Shown in pieces: positions 27,803-36,240 of a stretch of DNA of 64,000 nucleotides. The notes beneath the pieces were generated by a model. It ran no database searches and was not told the DNA's origin. It saw nothing but the letters and a program-made list of their open reading frames with translations. Origin of the DNA: Solirubrobacterales bacterium (GTDB lineage: Bacteria; Actinomycetota; Thermoleophilia; Solirubrobacterales; 70-9); the NCBI GenBank assembly GCA_017882505.1, contig JADGPJ010000004.1, positions 2,582 to 66,581 on the forward strand, given 5' to 3'. The position numbers and the translations under genes were made by a program. Positions within the stretch are counted from its first letter, which is position 1; each line of letters opens with the position of its first letter.

Positions 27803-29236
27803 CTAGCGAACGACCCGACCGCTGATCTCGAACGGGAATCGGTCGGTCAGGTAGCGCCAGTCGAGCCGGCGCGAGTTGTAGCCGGAGGCGCTGGCGTCGG
27901 CATTCACGACAACCGCGGTGATGCGGCTGAAGCGCCCCGGGGCCGGCAGGCGCACGGTCAGCTTGCCGCCGCCGCCGCTGAAGTCGATGCGGGAGATCGT
28001 CCGCCCCTGCCTCTGGCTGCCGATCCTGCCGACCAGGGCGAGGCCGGCGGCGGTCCCGCTGGGGGCGACCACGTGGACGGCGACGGCCTGGCCGCCGCGG
28101 GCGCGGACGCCGAGCAGCTCGAAGGTGGTGTGGTTGAGCAGACGGGTCAGGTGCCCCGCACCCAGCGGCAGCTGGCCCTGCCGGGGCATGTCCGGGTACA
28201 GCTGGCTCTCGCGGAAGCCCTTCCCCGTGCGCCACTCGGCGACGTCGGCGGCGAAGCGGGTGAAGTCGTGGCTAAGGTCGGAGGGGCCGGCCGCCCGGAT
28301 CGCCCTTTCGTAGGCGTTGACCGAAAAACCGCCGGGGCGGGCATGGATCGCCCCCGCCCAGGCCTTGCGCACGATCGAGAGCCCGTAGCGGCGCGCCAGC
28401 CACTCGTTCCAGACGGCGGACCCGTACTCCTTGATCGAACTGGTGGTCAACGGCGTGTCGAAGCGATGCACCCAGCGGCCGACGTAGCGCAGGTAGTCGT
28501 TGATGTTGTTGTAGACCTGATCCTCCATCCAGGTCGCGCTCGACTCGGCGAACCAGGGGTCCTGGTAGGCGTCGTAGCCGAACTGGAGGATGTGGTTGTA
28601 CTCGTGGGCGATCGTCACCTCGAGGTCGCTGAGCGGGTTCGTACGCGGGAACTCGAAGGCGCTGTAGTCGTTGTCGAGGACCAGGTAGCCGTGCAGGCGC
28701 CGGGGAATCGGATGGGCCTTGGAAGTCTGGCCGGGGTCCGGCGCCGCGTAGCCGAACAGTTCGCCGCCGATCTGGGAGAGGTAGATGTCCGTCTTGCCGT
28801 TGCCACCCCCCATATTGCCGTCGCTCTTCGGCTCGCGCCAGCCGAGCTTGTCGTTCTCGACCGAGTGCACGTGTTCGGCGACCGAGAGGACGCGCTGGAC
28901 GTAGTCGGGGACGCCATCGCCGTTGGAGTCCTTGAGGTTGGGTGCATCGAGCCCCTCGGCGACCCAGTGGACGCAGAAGTTGGGGCCGCAGGCGGGGGAG
29001 CGCGGCGCCTGGGGGACCGAGTAGGCGTTGCGGTTGGGATCCGGGTTGTCGGTCGGCCGGCCGCGGCCTTCGGTCGGCCGCGGTTTCGGCGCGATGAACG
29101 GCTTCTGTGCCGGGGAGGCGAGGCTGGGAACGGCGCTGGCGAGCCCCGGCGATGCCAGGGCAGCGCCCGGCGCGGCGGCGAGCGCCAGGAGCGCCGCCAC
29201 CGAGATACCGGCCAGGTGGCGACGGCGGTCCCGCAT
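27803..29236 (-). CDS. Secreted putative zinc metalloprotease (HExxH)
   Basis: I chose ATG 29234-29236. Signal peptide MRDRRRHLAGISVAALLALAAAPGAALA. It has a single HEYNH motif followed by an FAESSATWME-type third-ligand region. The track ORF extension to 30526 is antisense to nadE. Confidence 0.65.
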   Translation of the reverse strand: MRDRRRHLAGISVAALLALAAAPGAALASPGLASAVPSLASPAQKPFIAPKPRPTEGRGRPTDNPDPNRNAYSVPQAPRSPACGPNFCVHWVAEGLDAPNLKDSNGDGVPDYVQRVLSVAEHVHSVENDKLGWREPKSDGNMGGGNGKTDIYLSQIGGELFGYAAPDPGQTSKAHPIPRRLHGYLVLDNDYSAFEFPRTNPLSDLEVTIAHEYNHILQFGYDAYQDPWFAESSATWMEDQVYNNINDYLRYVGRWVHRFDTPLTTSSIKEYGSAVWNEWLARRYGLSIVRKAWAGAIHARPGGFSVNAYERAIRAAGPSDLSHDFTRFAADVAEWRTGKGFRESQLYPDMPRQGQLPLGAGHLTRLLNHTTFELLGVRARGGQAVAVHVVAPSGTAAGLALVGRIGSQRQGRTISRIDFSGGGGKLTVRLPAPGRFSRITAVVVNADASASGYNSRRLDWRYLTDRFPFEISGRVVR

Positions 29237-29317
29237 CGGAGCCACCTTAGCGGGGGGCACGGCCCGTTCGGAGTCCTGCGACGGCGATACTTCGCCGATG
29301 AGCGACGCTGAGCCCCC

Positions 29318-30988
29318 ATGCGGATAGCCCTGGCGCAGATCGACCCGACGGTCGGCGACATCGACGGCAACTCGGCCAAGATCGCGGAGTGGATCGAGCG
29401 GGCCCGCGGCGAGGGTGCCGAGCTGGTGATCTTCCCCGAGCTCTGCGTGCCCGGCTACCCGGCCGAGGATCTCTACCTGAAGCCCCACTTCGTCGATGCC
29501 AACCGGCGCGCGGTCGAGGGGCTGGCGCGGGGCGTCGACGGGATCACCGCCCTGGTCGGCTTCGCCGAGCCCGTGGCCGGCGGCGGCGACCTCCGCCACG
29601 CCCACAACTCGACCGCCGTCCTCGCCGACGGCGCCGTGCGGGCGGTCTATCGCAAGAACAGGCTCCCCAACTACGCCGTCTTCGACGAGCAGCGCTACTT
29701 CGTCCCGGGGACCGATCCGCTCACCGTCGAGGTCGACGGATTGGAGGTCGGGCTGACGATCTGCGAGGACTGCTGGGTGACCGGGCCGCCAGCGCAGACC
29801 GAGGCCGAAGAAGGCGCCAGGCTGATCGCCAACCCGTCGGGCTCCCCCTACCACCGCGGTAAGGGGCGCGAGCGCGAGACGATGTTCGCCGAGCGCGCCC
29901 GGGAGTACGGCACCTACTTCGCCTTCTGCAATCTCGTCGGCGGCCAGGATGAGCTGGTCTTCGACGGCCAGAGCCTGCTGATCGGTCCCGACGGCGAGCT
30001 CCTCGCGCGCGCCGGCCAGTTCGAGGAGGAGCTGCTGGTCTGCGACGTTCCCGGCGCGGTCCCCGGCCCACTCGCCGAGCCCCTGGCCGACATCGACGAG
30101 GTCTACGGGGCACTTCGGATCGGCCTCCACGACTACGTCGTCAAGAACGGCTTCCGCCACGTCGGAGTCGCCCTCTCGGGCGGGATCGACTCGGCCCTGG
30201 TCGCGATGCTCGCGGCCGACGCGGTCGGGCCCGAGCGAGTCAGCTGCGTGGTGATGCCCTCGCCACATTCCAGCTCTGCAACCCAGGAGGACGCCAGAAC
30301 TATCGCTGCAAACCTCGGATGCGAGCTGCTCGAGATCCCGATCGAGCCGATGATGGACGGCTACCAGCGGGCCCTGGCTGGGCTGCTCGATCCGCGGGAA
30401 GCACCGGCGGAGGGCGAGGAGGAGCCGCCAAGGGACCCTGCGCGCCCGTCGGAGCCGGACCTGGCGGCGGAGAACATCCAGGCGCGAATCCGCGGCAACC
30501 TGATGATGGCGCTCTCCAACCAGCACGGCTGGCTGGTCCTGACCACCGGCAACAAGAGCGAGATGTCGGTCGGCTACGCGACCCTCTACGGCGACATGGC
30601 GGGCGGCTTCGCGGTGATCAAGGACGTCCCGAAGGGGCTCGTCTACGACCTCGTCCGCCGCCGCAACGAGCGCGCCGGCACCGAGCTCGTGCCCGCCGCG
30701 GTGATCGAGCGCCCGCCGTCCGCCGAGCTGCGCCCGGATCAGCTCGACAGCGACTCCCTCCCCCCCTATGACCTGCTCGACCGGATCCTCGAGGCCTACG
30801 TCGAGCGCGACCGCGGCCGCGAGGAGATGATCGCCGCCGGGATGCCGGCCGAGACCGTCGACTACGTGATCCGTCTCGTCGACCGCTCCGAGTACAAGCG
30901 CCGGCAGGCGGCCCCGGGGATCCGGATCACCCCGCGCGCCTTCGGCAAGGATCGCCGCCTCCCGATCACCAACCGCTTCGGCGGTTGA
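29318..30988 (+). CDS. nadE: Glutamine-dependent NAD+ synthetase
   Basis: 556 aa. N-terminal nitrilase/CN-hydrolase domain (FPELCVPGYPAEDL, ICEDCW) plus a synthetase domain with the SGGIDSA PP-loop. Confidence 0.92.
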   Translation: MRIALAQIDPTVGDIDGNSAKIAEWIERARGEGAELVIFPELCVPGYPAEDLYLKPHFVDANRRAVEGLARGVDGITALVGFAEPVAGGGDLRHAHNSTAVLADGAVRAVYRKNRLPNYAVFDEQRYFVPGTDPLTVEVDGLEVGLTICEDCWVTGPPAQTEAEEGARLIANPSGSPYHRGKGRERETMFAERAREYGTYFAFCNLVGGQDELVFDGQSLLIGPDGELLARAGQFEEELLVCDVPGAVPGPLAEPLADIDEVYGALRIGLHDYVVKNGFRHVGVALSGGIDSALVAMLAADAVGPERVSCVVMPSPHSSSATQEDARTIAANLGCELLEIPIEPMMDGYQRALAGLLDPREAPAEGEEEPPRDPARPSEPDLAAENIQARIRGNLMMALSNQHGWLVLTTGNKSEMSVGYATLYGDMAGGFAVIKDVPKGLVYDLVRRRNERAGTELVPAAVIERPPSAELRPDQLDSDSLPPYDLLDRILEAYVERDRGREEMIAAGMPAETVDYVIRLVDRSEYKRRQAAPGIRITPRAFGKDRRLPITNRFGG

Positions 30989-30996
30989 GAGCCGAT

Positions 30997-31410
30997 CTAA
31001 GCCCCCGGGCGCGGCCTAACGGCGATCGTCATCTGTGCGAGAGCACAGATCTTCCCCTCGTCGTCGAGGACCTCGGCATCCCAGACCCAGGTGGTGCGGC
31101 CGCGGTGGCGGGCTCTGGCGTGGACCTCGGCGTGGCCCTCGGTGACCGGGCGGATGAAGTTGACGGTGATCGACTGGCCCATCGCGATCATCCCTTCGCC
31201 GTAAACCGCCAGCGCCGTCGCTTTCGAGCAGATGCTCTCGACCAGGGTGGAGAGGACGCCGCCGTGGAGCAGCCCGACCGGCTGGCGCAGCTCGTCGCGC
31301 ATCTGCAGCCGTACCCGGGCGCGGTCGGGATCGTCGTCGAGCCACTCGGTGCCGAGCAGCTCGTCGAAGTGCGACACGAGTTCGCCAAGGTCGTCCGCCA
31401 TCGCCGGCAA
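30997..31410 (-). CDS. PaaI-family hotdog-fold thioesterase
   Basis: 137 aa. Typical block QPVGLLHGGVLSTLVESI. Confidence 0.8.
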   Translation of the reverse strand: MPAMADDLGELVSHFDELLGTEWLDDDPDRARVRLQMRDELRQPVGLLHGGVLSTLVESICSKATALAVYGEGMIAMGQSITVNFIRPVTEGHAEVHARARHRGRTTWVWDAEVLDDEGKICALAQMTIAVRPRPGA

Positions 31411-31493
31411 CCCTATCTGGGCCGAGATTAAGCTTTCGAGACCCTGGCGAGGCGGCGGCCACCACGTCGGCCGCGCCCCATAGGGTAGCCCGA

Positions 31494-32486
31494 ATGCCGC
31501 TCAGCGACGACCAGAGAGCGATGCTGCGGCTGCTTGCGCAGCGCGAGCAGGGCTACGACGACATCGCGGCGCTGATGGGCCTCAGCGTCGACGAGGTCCG
31601 TGCCAAGGTCAGAGCCGCCCTGGCCCAGCTCGAGGACGAAGGACTCCCGCCGCCGCCCTTGCCGGTGGAGCCCCCGGTCGCGATGACCGCCGAAGCGCCC
31701 GAGCCGGTTGAGCCCGAGCCGCCGGCAATTCCCGAGCCGCCACCCGCGCCGCCGGCGCCCGGGCCGACGGCGAAACCGGTCGCGGCGGAGAAGCCGCCGG
31801 TGTCGCCGCCCCCGCCACCGAAGCGCCCGCCTTCCGGACCGCCGAAGCTCTCGCTTCCCGGCGGCAAAGGCCCCCGCGCCGCGATTGCCGCCGGCATCGC
31901 CGTGGTGATCCTGGTCGTCGTCGTGCTGCTCGTCAGCGGCGGCGGTGGCGACTCGGCCACGACCTCGGCCTCCACCCAGGCGACGACCGAAAGCGAAGCG
32001 CAGAACACCTCCGCCGCCAACAGCAAAGCGGTGACCAAGGCGGTCCTGAGCCCGGTCGGCGGCGGCAGCGCCACCGGTGTCGCGATCTTCGGCAGGGTGA
32101 AGAAGTCACTGGCGCTGCAGGTCGAAGCCGAAGGCCTGGAACCGACGACGAAAGGCACCGACTCCTACACCGTCTGGCTCGCGCAATCGCCGCAACGGAT
32201 GGTTCCGCTCGCATCCACCCAGGTTGAAAAGGACGGCAGGATCGGAGCCCAGTTCGAAGAAGTCCCGGTCGAAGTCCTCGCCTACCTCGCCAACGAAACC
32301 TTCAAGCACCTGGTCGTGACCCGGACGGTCGACGCGACGCTGGAAGCGGCGCTGGCCAAAGCGACCAAAGAAGAACGGTCGCCCGCCTACACCGGCACCG
32401 CCGTGCTGGAAGGCACCGTCACCGGCCCGATCGTCGGTGCCCAGATCCGAAAGGAAGAAGAAGAAAAGGAAGAAAAGGGCAAGTAG
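31494..32486 (+). CDS. Membrane-anchored protein: sigma-70 region-4-like HTH, Pro-rich linker, TM helix, RskA-like extracytoplasmic domain
   Basis: 330 aa. N-terminus LSDDQRAMLRLLAQREQGYDDIAALMGLSVDEVRAKVRAALAQL, a roughly 60-aa P/E/A-rich linker, TM AAIAAGIAVVILVVVVLLV, and a C-terminal beta-rich domain (GVAIFGRVKKSLALQVEAEGLEP...YTVWLAQSP). Domain calls are by eye. Confidence 0.6.
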   Translation: MPLSDDQRAMLRLLAQREQGYDDIAALMGLSVDEVRAKVRAALAQLEDEGLPPPPLPVEPPVAMTAEAPEPVEPEPPAIPEPPPAPPAPGPTAKPVAAEKPPVSPPPPPKRPPSGPPKLSLPGGKGPRAAIAAGIAVVILVVVVLLVSGGGGDSATTSASTQATTESEAQNTSAANSKAVTKAVLSPVGGGSATGVAIFGRVKKSLALQVEAEGLEPTTKGTDSYTVWLAQSPQRMVPLASTQVEKDGRIGAQFEEVPVEVLAYLANETFKHLVVTRTVDATLEAALAKATKEERSPAYTGTAVLEGTVTGPIVGAQIRKEEEEKEEKGK

Positions 32487-32489
32487 GGC

Positions 32490-34127
32490 TCAGGGCAGCA
32501 GCTTGCCCGGGTTCATGATCCCCGCCGGATCGAGCTGGGCCTTGACGGCTCGCAGCACCTCGAGCCCCGTCTCCCCCACCTCCGCCGCCATGTACGGGGC
32601 GTGATCGCGGCCGACGGCGTGGTGATGGGTGATCGTGGCGCCGCAGGCGACGATCGCCTCACAGGCGGCTCCCTTGACCTCTCGCCACTGCTCCAGCTCG
32701 GCTCCATGGCGGGAGCGGGCGATGAAGGTGAAGTAGAGCGAAGCGCCGTCGGGGTAGGCGTGCGAGAGGTGGCAGAAGACCAGCGCCGGCGTTCCCTGGC
32801 CCTCGAGCGAGCCGTGGATCGCCGCGCTGACCGCATCGTGCAGCTCGCCGAGCCGGCTCCAGGTGTGCGAGGTCTCGAGCGTCTCGACCATCGCCCCCAT
32901 TCCCATCAGCGTGTCGCGCAGGTAGGGCCCCTGATATCGACCGTGCTCCCAGGAGCGCCCCGCGGCCTGGCCCAGGTAGGCGGCGCCGCCGGATCGCAGC
33001 GCCCGCACGGTCAGCGCCCGGCGGCGGGCCACCGACTCCTCATCCCCCTCCAGGCCGACGATCATCAGGCTGCCGCCGCGGCGCTTGCGCAGGCCGAGGT
33101 AGCCATCGAAGAGCCTGCCGGCGGTCCCGCGTGGCCCCGACAGCGCCAGCGAGCCCTGCGTCTCCTCCTCGTCGGAGACCCGGACGACATCCGGCAGTCC
33201 CGGGCCCTGGGCCAGCGCCCGGACGATCTCGGCGCCGGCTTCGAAGCTCTCTGCGATCCAGGCCTCATAGCGGCGCGCCGCCGGCGCCGGCCGGACCCGC
33301 ACGGTGACCTCGGGGATCACCCCGAGCACCCCCTCGGAGCCGATCACCAGCTCGCGCAGAGCCGGGCCGGCGGCGGTGTGCGGCGTTTCGCCGGTCTGGA
33401 TGTCCCCCACCGGGGTGAGCAGCCGGACCGAGGTGACCAGCGAGTCGAAGCGCCCGTAGCCGCTCGACGCCTGTCCGGCTGAGCGGGTCGCGGCGAAGCC
33501 GCCGATCGTCGCGTACTCGAAGGACTGCGGGAAGTGCCCGAGCGTGAGGCCCTCCCGGGCCAGCGCCGTCTCGGCCTCGGGGCCGCGCAGCCCGGCTCCG
33601 AGGCTGGCGGTCAGCGAGCGCTGGTCGACGGCGACCGCGCGGAGGGCGCCGAGGTCGAGACTGATCAGCCGCTGATGGGCGCCGCGCAGCGGCTCGACGC
33701 CGCCGACGACGCTGGTGCCGCCGCCGAACGGGACCACGGCGATCCCCTCGCTCGCGCAGGCGTCGAGCACTTGCCGCAGCGCCTCCACGTCCGCCGGCAT
33801 CACAACCGCGTCCGGCGCCGCCTCGAGGGCGCCGGCGCGCATCCGCGCCAGATCGACGTAGCCGCGGCCGCTGGCATGGCGAAGGCGGTCCTCGTTCGAA
33901 GCGAAGACGTTGCCGGCGCCGGCCGCGGCCGCCAGCGACGGCGGCAGTGGCTCGGCCGCCGGCAACCCGAAGTCCTCCAGGCTCCTTGTCAGCGGCCACG
34001 CCTCCAGCCCCCCGATCCGCTCCCGCAGCACCGAAAGCGCCGCCGCGTCGAGCTGCGGGTGGACCGTCGGGTCCCCCCACCCCCACCAGTTCGAATCTCG
34101 CCGCGGCTCGCTCATGCTGAGTTCCAA
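32490..34127 (-). CDS. FAD-linked oxidase, alkyl-dihydroxyacetonephosphate synthase (AGPS)-like
   Basis: 545 aa. N-terminal NWWGWGD resembles the AGPS WNGWGY motif. FAD-binding PCMH domain (VVPFGGGTSVVGG). C-terminal HHHAVGRDH and NPGKLLP. Confidence 0.85.
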   Translation of the reverse strand: MELSMSEPRRDSNWWGWGDPTVHPQLDAAALSVLRERIGGLEAWPLTRSLEDFGLPAAEPLPPSLAAAAGAGNVFASNEDRLRHASGRGYVDLARMRAGALEAAPDAVVMPADVEALRQVLDACASEGIAVVPFGGGTSVVGGVEPLRGAHQRLISLDLGALRAVAVDQRSLTASLGAGLRGPEAETALAREGLTLGHFPQSFEYATIGGFAATRSAGQASSGYGRFDSLVTSVRLLTPVGDIQTGETPHTAAGPALRELVIGSEGVLGVIPEVTVRVRPAPAARRYEAWIAESFEAGAEIVRALAQGPGLPDVVRVSDEEETQGSLALSGPRGTAGRLFDGYLGLRKRRGGSLMIVGLEGDEESVARRRALTVRALRSGGAAYLGQAAGRSWEHGRYQGPYLRDTLMGMGAMVETLETSHTWSRLGELHDAVSAAIHGSLEGQGTPALVFCHLSHAYPDGASLYFTFIARSRHGAELEQWREVKGAACEAIVACGATITHHHAVGRDHAPYMAAEVGETGLEVLRAVKAQLDPAGIMNPGKLLP

Positions 34128-34185
34128 TCAGAGGCGCTTCCTGCGACCGCGGCGAGCCATAAAGCGCCTCGTCTCGAGATGCCAA

Positions 34186-34638
34186 TCACGTCAGCGCCCT
34201 CTCGATCCCGTCGAGGGCCTCGTCGAGGATCGCGCCCTGGGCGCGGCGCATCATCGGCGAGCCCATCCGCGACATCCCTTTCAGCGTCTGCACCGAGGCG
34301 ATCGCGACCTGGGTCCCCTGCTCGCGCGCCCGCAGCCCGATCTCGACCCGGGAGCTGCGCAGGTGGCGGGCGAACGGCGTGCCCTCGAGCTCCTGCTCCC
34401 AGACGTAGCGCTCGTTCTCGGCCGAGCTGAGGCATCGGAAATCGGCGCGGACGCCCCGTCCCTCGGCGGTCTCCAGGACCTTCGTCCACTGGCTGCGCCG
34501 GCCTCCGCTCTTGCGCTCGACGTTCTCGACCCGGCCGGTGCGCGGCCACCAGCGCGGCAGGCTGTAGGGGTCGGAGACGAGCTTCCAGACCTCCTCGACC
34601 GGGACCCCGATCGTGCGCTTGCGGCTGACCCGGGGCAC
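34186..34638 (-). CDS. SRPBCC-family (polyketide cyclase/dehydrase-like) protein
   Basis: 150 aa. VPVEEVWKLVSDPYSLPRWWP is a typical N-terminal SRPBCC block. Confidence 0.75.
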   Translation of the reverse strand: MPRVSRKRTIGVPVEEVWKLVSDPYSLPRWWPRTGRVENVERKSGGRRSQWTKVLETAEGRGVRADFRCLSSAENERYVWEQELEGTPFARHLRSSRVEIGLRAREQGTQVAIASVQTLKGMSRMGSPMMRRAQGAILDEALDGIERALT

Positions 34639-34653
34639 GCTCGCGCCGGGCCG

Positions 34654-35400
34654 TCAATCTCCGGCGAGGCGCCGCAGATCGCGGACCAGCAGCAGGTGCT
34701 TGAGGTGGCTGACGGTCGCCGCCAGGCTTTCGAGGCTCTGCAGCGCCTCCTTGCGGCGCTCTGGATTGCGCGAGCGCAGCGAGGGGCCGAGCAGCGCTTC
34801 CAGCAGGTTGGCCTCGCGGTCGGCGGAGGAGCGGAAGACGCGCAGGTTACGGGCGCCGACTCCCACCCGCGAGAGTTCGTTGGCGGCGCGGACGATCTCG
34901 CGGTCGGTCTCGTCGTAGACGGTCTTTCCCTCGCGCTTCTCGGGCTGGACGATTCCGAAGTTCTCCAGCTCGCCGATCAGCTCCTCGCGGGTCCCGGTCT
35001 CCTCGACCACCTCCTCGAGCGTCAGGTAGGCGCGCGAGGTGTCGACGAGGATCGCCCGGCGGGCGGCGCCGGCGTTGGGCTTGCGATCGGATTCGCCGCC
35101 CAGGAGCAGTTCGCCGCCGCCGGCCAGCTCCTGGCGGATCACCCGCAGCGGCAGGAACTCATCGCGCTGCAGCCGCAGGATCGTCCGCAGCCGCTCGACG
35201 TCGGACTGGCTGTAGAGGCGGTAGCCGCCCGAGGTCCGGCGCGGGCTCAGCAGCTTCTGGTCCTCGAGGTAACGGATCTTCGAGATCGAGACGTCGTCGA
35301 ACTCGCTCTGGAGGATCTTGCAGACGGCGCCGATCGTCAGCGCCTTGCGCGGTCGGCTGGCCGATTCCGGCGTGCGGGTCTGCTGCTCGGAGACGGGCAC
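34654..35400 (-). CDS. MerR-family transcriptional regulator (FtsR/Rv1828-like position)
   Basis: 248 aa. HTH LTIGAVCKILQSEFDDVSISKIRYLEDQKLLSPRRTSGGYRLYSQSDVERL. It lies directly downstream of an FHA gene, as in the actinobacterial garA locus. Confidence 0.85.
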   Translation of the reverse strand: MPVSEQQTRTPESASRPRKALTIGAVCKILQSEFDDVSISKIRYLEDQKLLSPRRTSGGYRLYSQSDVERLRTILRLQRDEFLPLRVIRQELAGGGELLLGGESDRKPNAGAARRAILVDTSRAYLTLEEVVEETGTREELIGELENFGIVQPEKREGKTVYDETDREIVRAANELSRVGVGARNLRVFRSSADREANLLEALLGPSLRSRNPERRKEALQSLESLAATVSHLKHLLLVRDLRRLAGD

Positions 35401-35403
35401 GGC

Positions 35404-35877
35404 TCAGCGCTCCAGGTAGCTCAGCTTGTACTTGCCGACCTGGATCTCGTCGCCGTCGGCGAGCCGGTGGGACTCGATCCGGCGCCGGTTCACGTAGGTG
35501 CCGTTGAGCGAGCCGAGGTCGTCGACGTAGAGGCCGTCGCGGCGGCGCACCAGCAGCGCATGGTTGCGGGAGACGGTGACGTCGTCGAGGAAGACGCCGG
35601 CGTCGGGGCTGCGGCCGATGCTGGTCCGATCCTCGCCGATGCTGAAGCTCTCCCCCGCCCGGCCGCCGCCGGCGCGGATCACCAGAGCCGCGCCCGACTC
35701 CTCGACGACCTCCTCGATGTCGACCGGCTGCATGTCGCCGGTCTCGTCGACCCGGTAGGTCATCGTCGTCGGGTCCTCGCCAGCCTCGCTCGGGCCACCG
35801 ACGTACGCACCGCACTTCTGGCAGTAGTTGGCGCCCTCGGGGTTCGCGAACCCGCACTCGGGGCAGTGAACGGCCAT
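35404..35877 (-). CDS. FHA-domain protein with N-terminal zinc ribbon (GarA/OdhI-like position)
   Basis: 157 aa. CPECGFANPEGANYCQKCG ribbon. The FHA core is IGRSPDAGVFLDDVTVSRNHALL...DLGSLNGTYVN. Confidence 0.88.
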   Translation of the reverse strand: MAVHCPECGFANPEGANYCQKCGAYVGGPSEAGEDPTTMTYRVDETGDMQPVDIEEVVEESGAALVIRAGGGRAGESFSIGEDRTSIGRSPDAGVFLDDVTVSRNHALLVRRRDGLYVDDLGSLNGTYVNRRRIESHRLADGDEIQVGKYKLSYLER

Positions 35878-35895
35878 GCTGGTCCTCCGCGGCGC

Positions 35896-36159
35896 CTAGG
35901 CCGCGGGGTTGTCCTCTGGCTGCGCTTTTCCAGCGAGGATCTCGGTCAGCTGCTTGACGTCGTCGCCGGAGATCATCGAATCGCCGCGCTCGTGTTTGTT
36001 ACGCAGTCGGTTGACGAGCTCCGCGCGGAGGATGTCGATCTTCCCGTGCAGGACGCGCCGCTTGTAGGAGATCTCGTTCTCCTCCGCCATCAGGTTGTCG
36101 ATCAGGTCCTTCAGCTCCTTGTCACTGAGGGAGCCAAGATCGGGAAAGGTGTCCTCCAT
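35896..36159 (-). CDS. Small coiled-coil protein, candidate single-motif RsiG-like c-di-GMP-dependent anti-sigma factor
   Basis: 87 aa, with AGGAG 6 nt before the ATG. Helical heptad-like sequence LSDKELKDLIDNLMAEENEISYKRRVLHGKIDILRAELVNRL containing E27-x3-S31-x2-R34-x3-H38-x3-D42. The functional call is inference. Confidence 0.6.
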   Translation of the reverse strand: MEDTFPDLGSLSDKELKDLIDNLMAEENEISYKRRVLHGKIDILRAELVNRLRNKHERGDSMISGDDVKQLTEILAGKAQPEDNPAA

Positions 36160-36210
36160 CGTGCTCCTAACTCGAGGAGGCGCCGGGCGCCTCCGTTTGC
36201 GCGAGCCGCG

Positions 36211-36240
36211 ATTATAGGTCGAGAACCCTCAAAGGTTCAA
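36211..36240 (-). promoter_or_regulatory. Sigma-70-type promoter candidate for the small coiled-coil gene
   Basis: The minus strand reads TTGAAC - 18 nt - TATAAT in an unusually AT-rich patch. It is followed by a 5'-UTR hairpin ggaggcgcc/ggcgcctcc, then AGGAG and the ATG. Confidence 0.4.

Noticed and set aside
29237-30526. N-terminal 430-codon extension of the 27803-30526 ORF. The analogous extensions are 39932-40828 (ispG), 14864-15301, 5176-5613, 46131-46598, 57742-57870, 58380-58655, 60232-60327, 60906-61280 and 63233-63460.
   Set aside because: Each extension overlaps a well-supported neighbouring gene and loses protein-like composition. Internal starts coincide with homologous N-termini, signal peptides, SD sequences or stop/start overlaps (ATGA, GTGA, TTGA).
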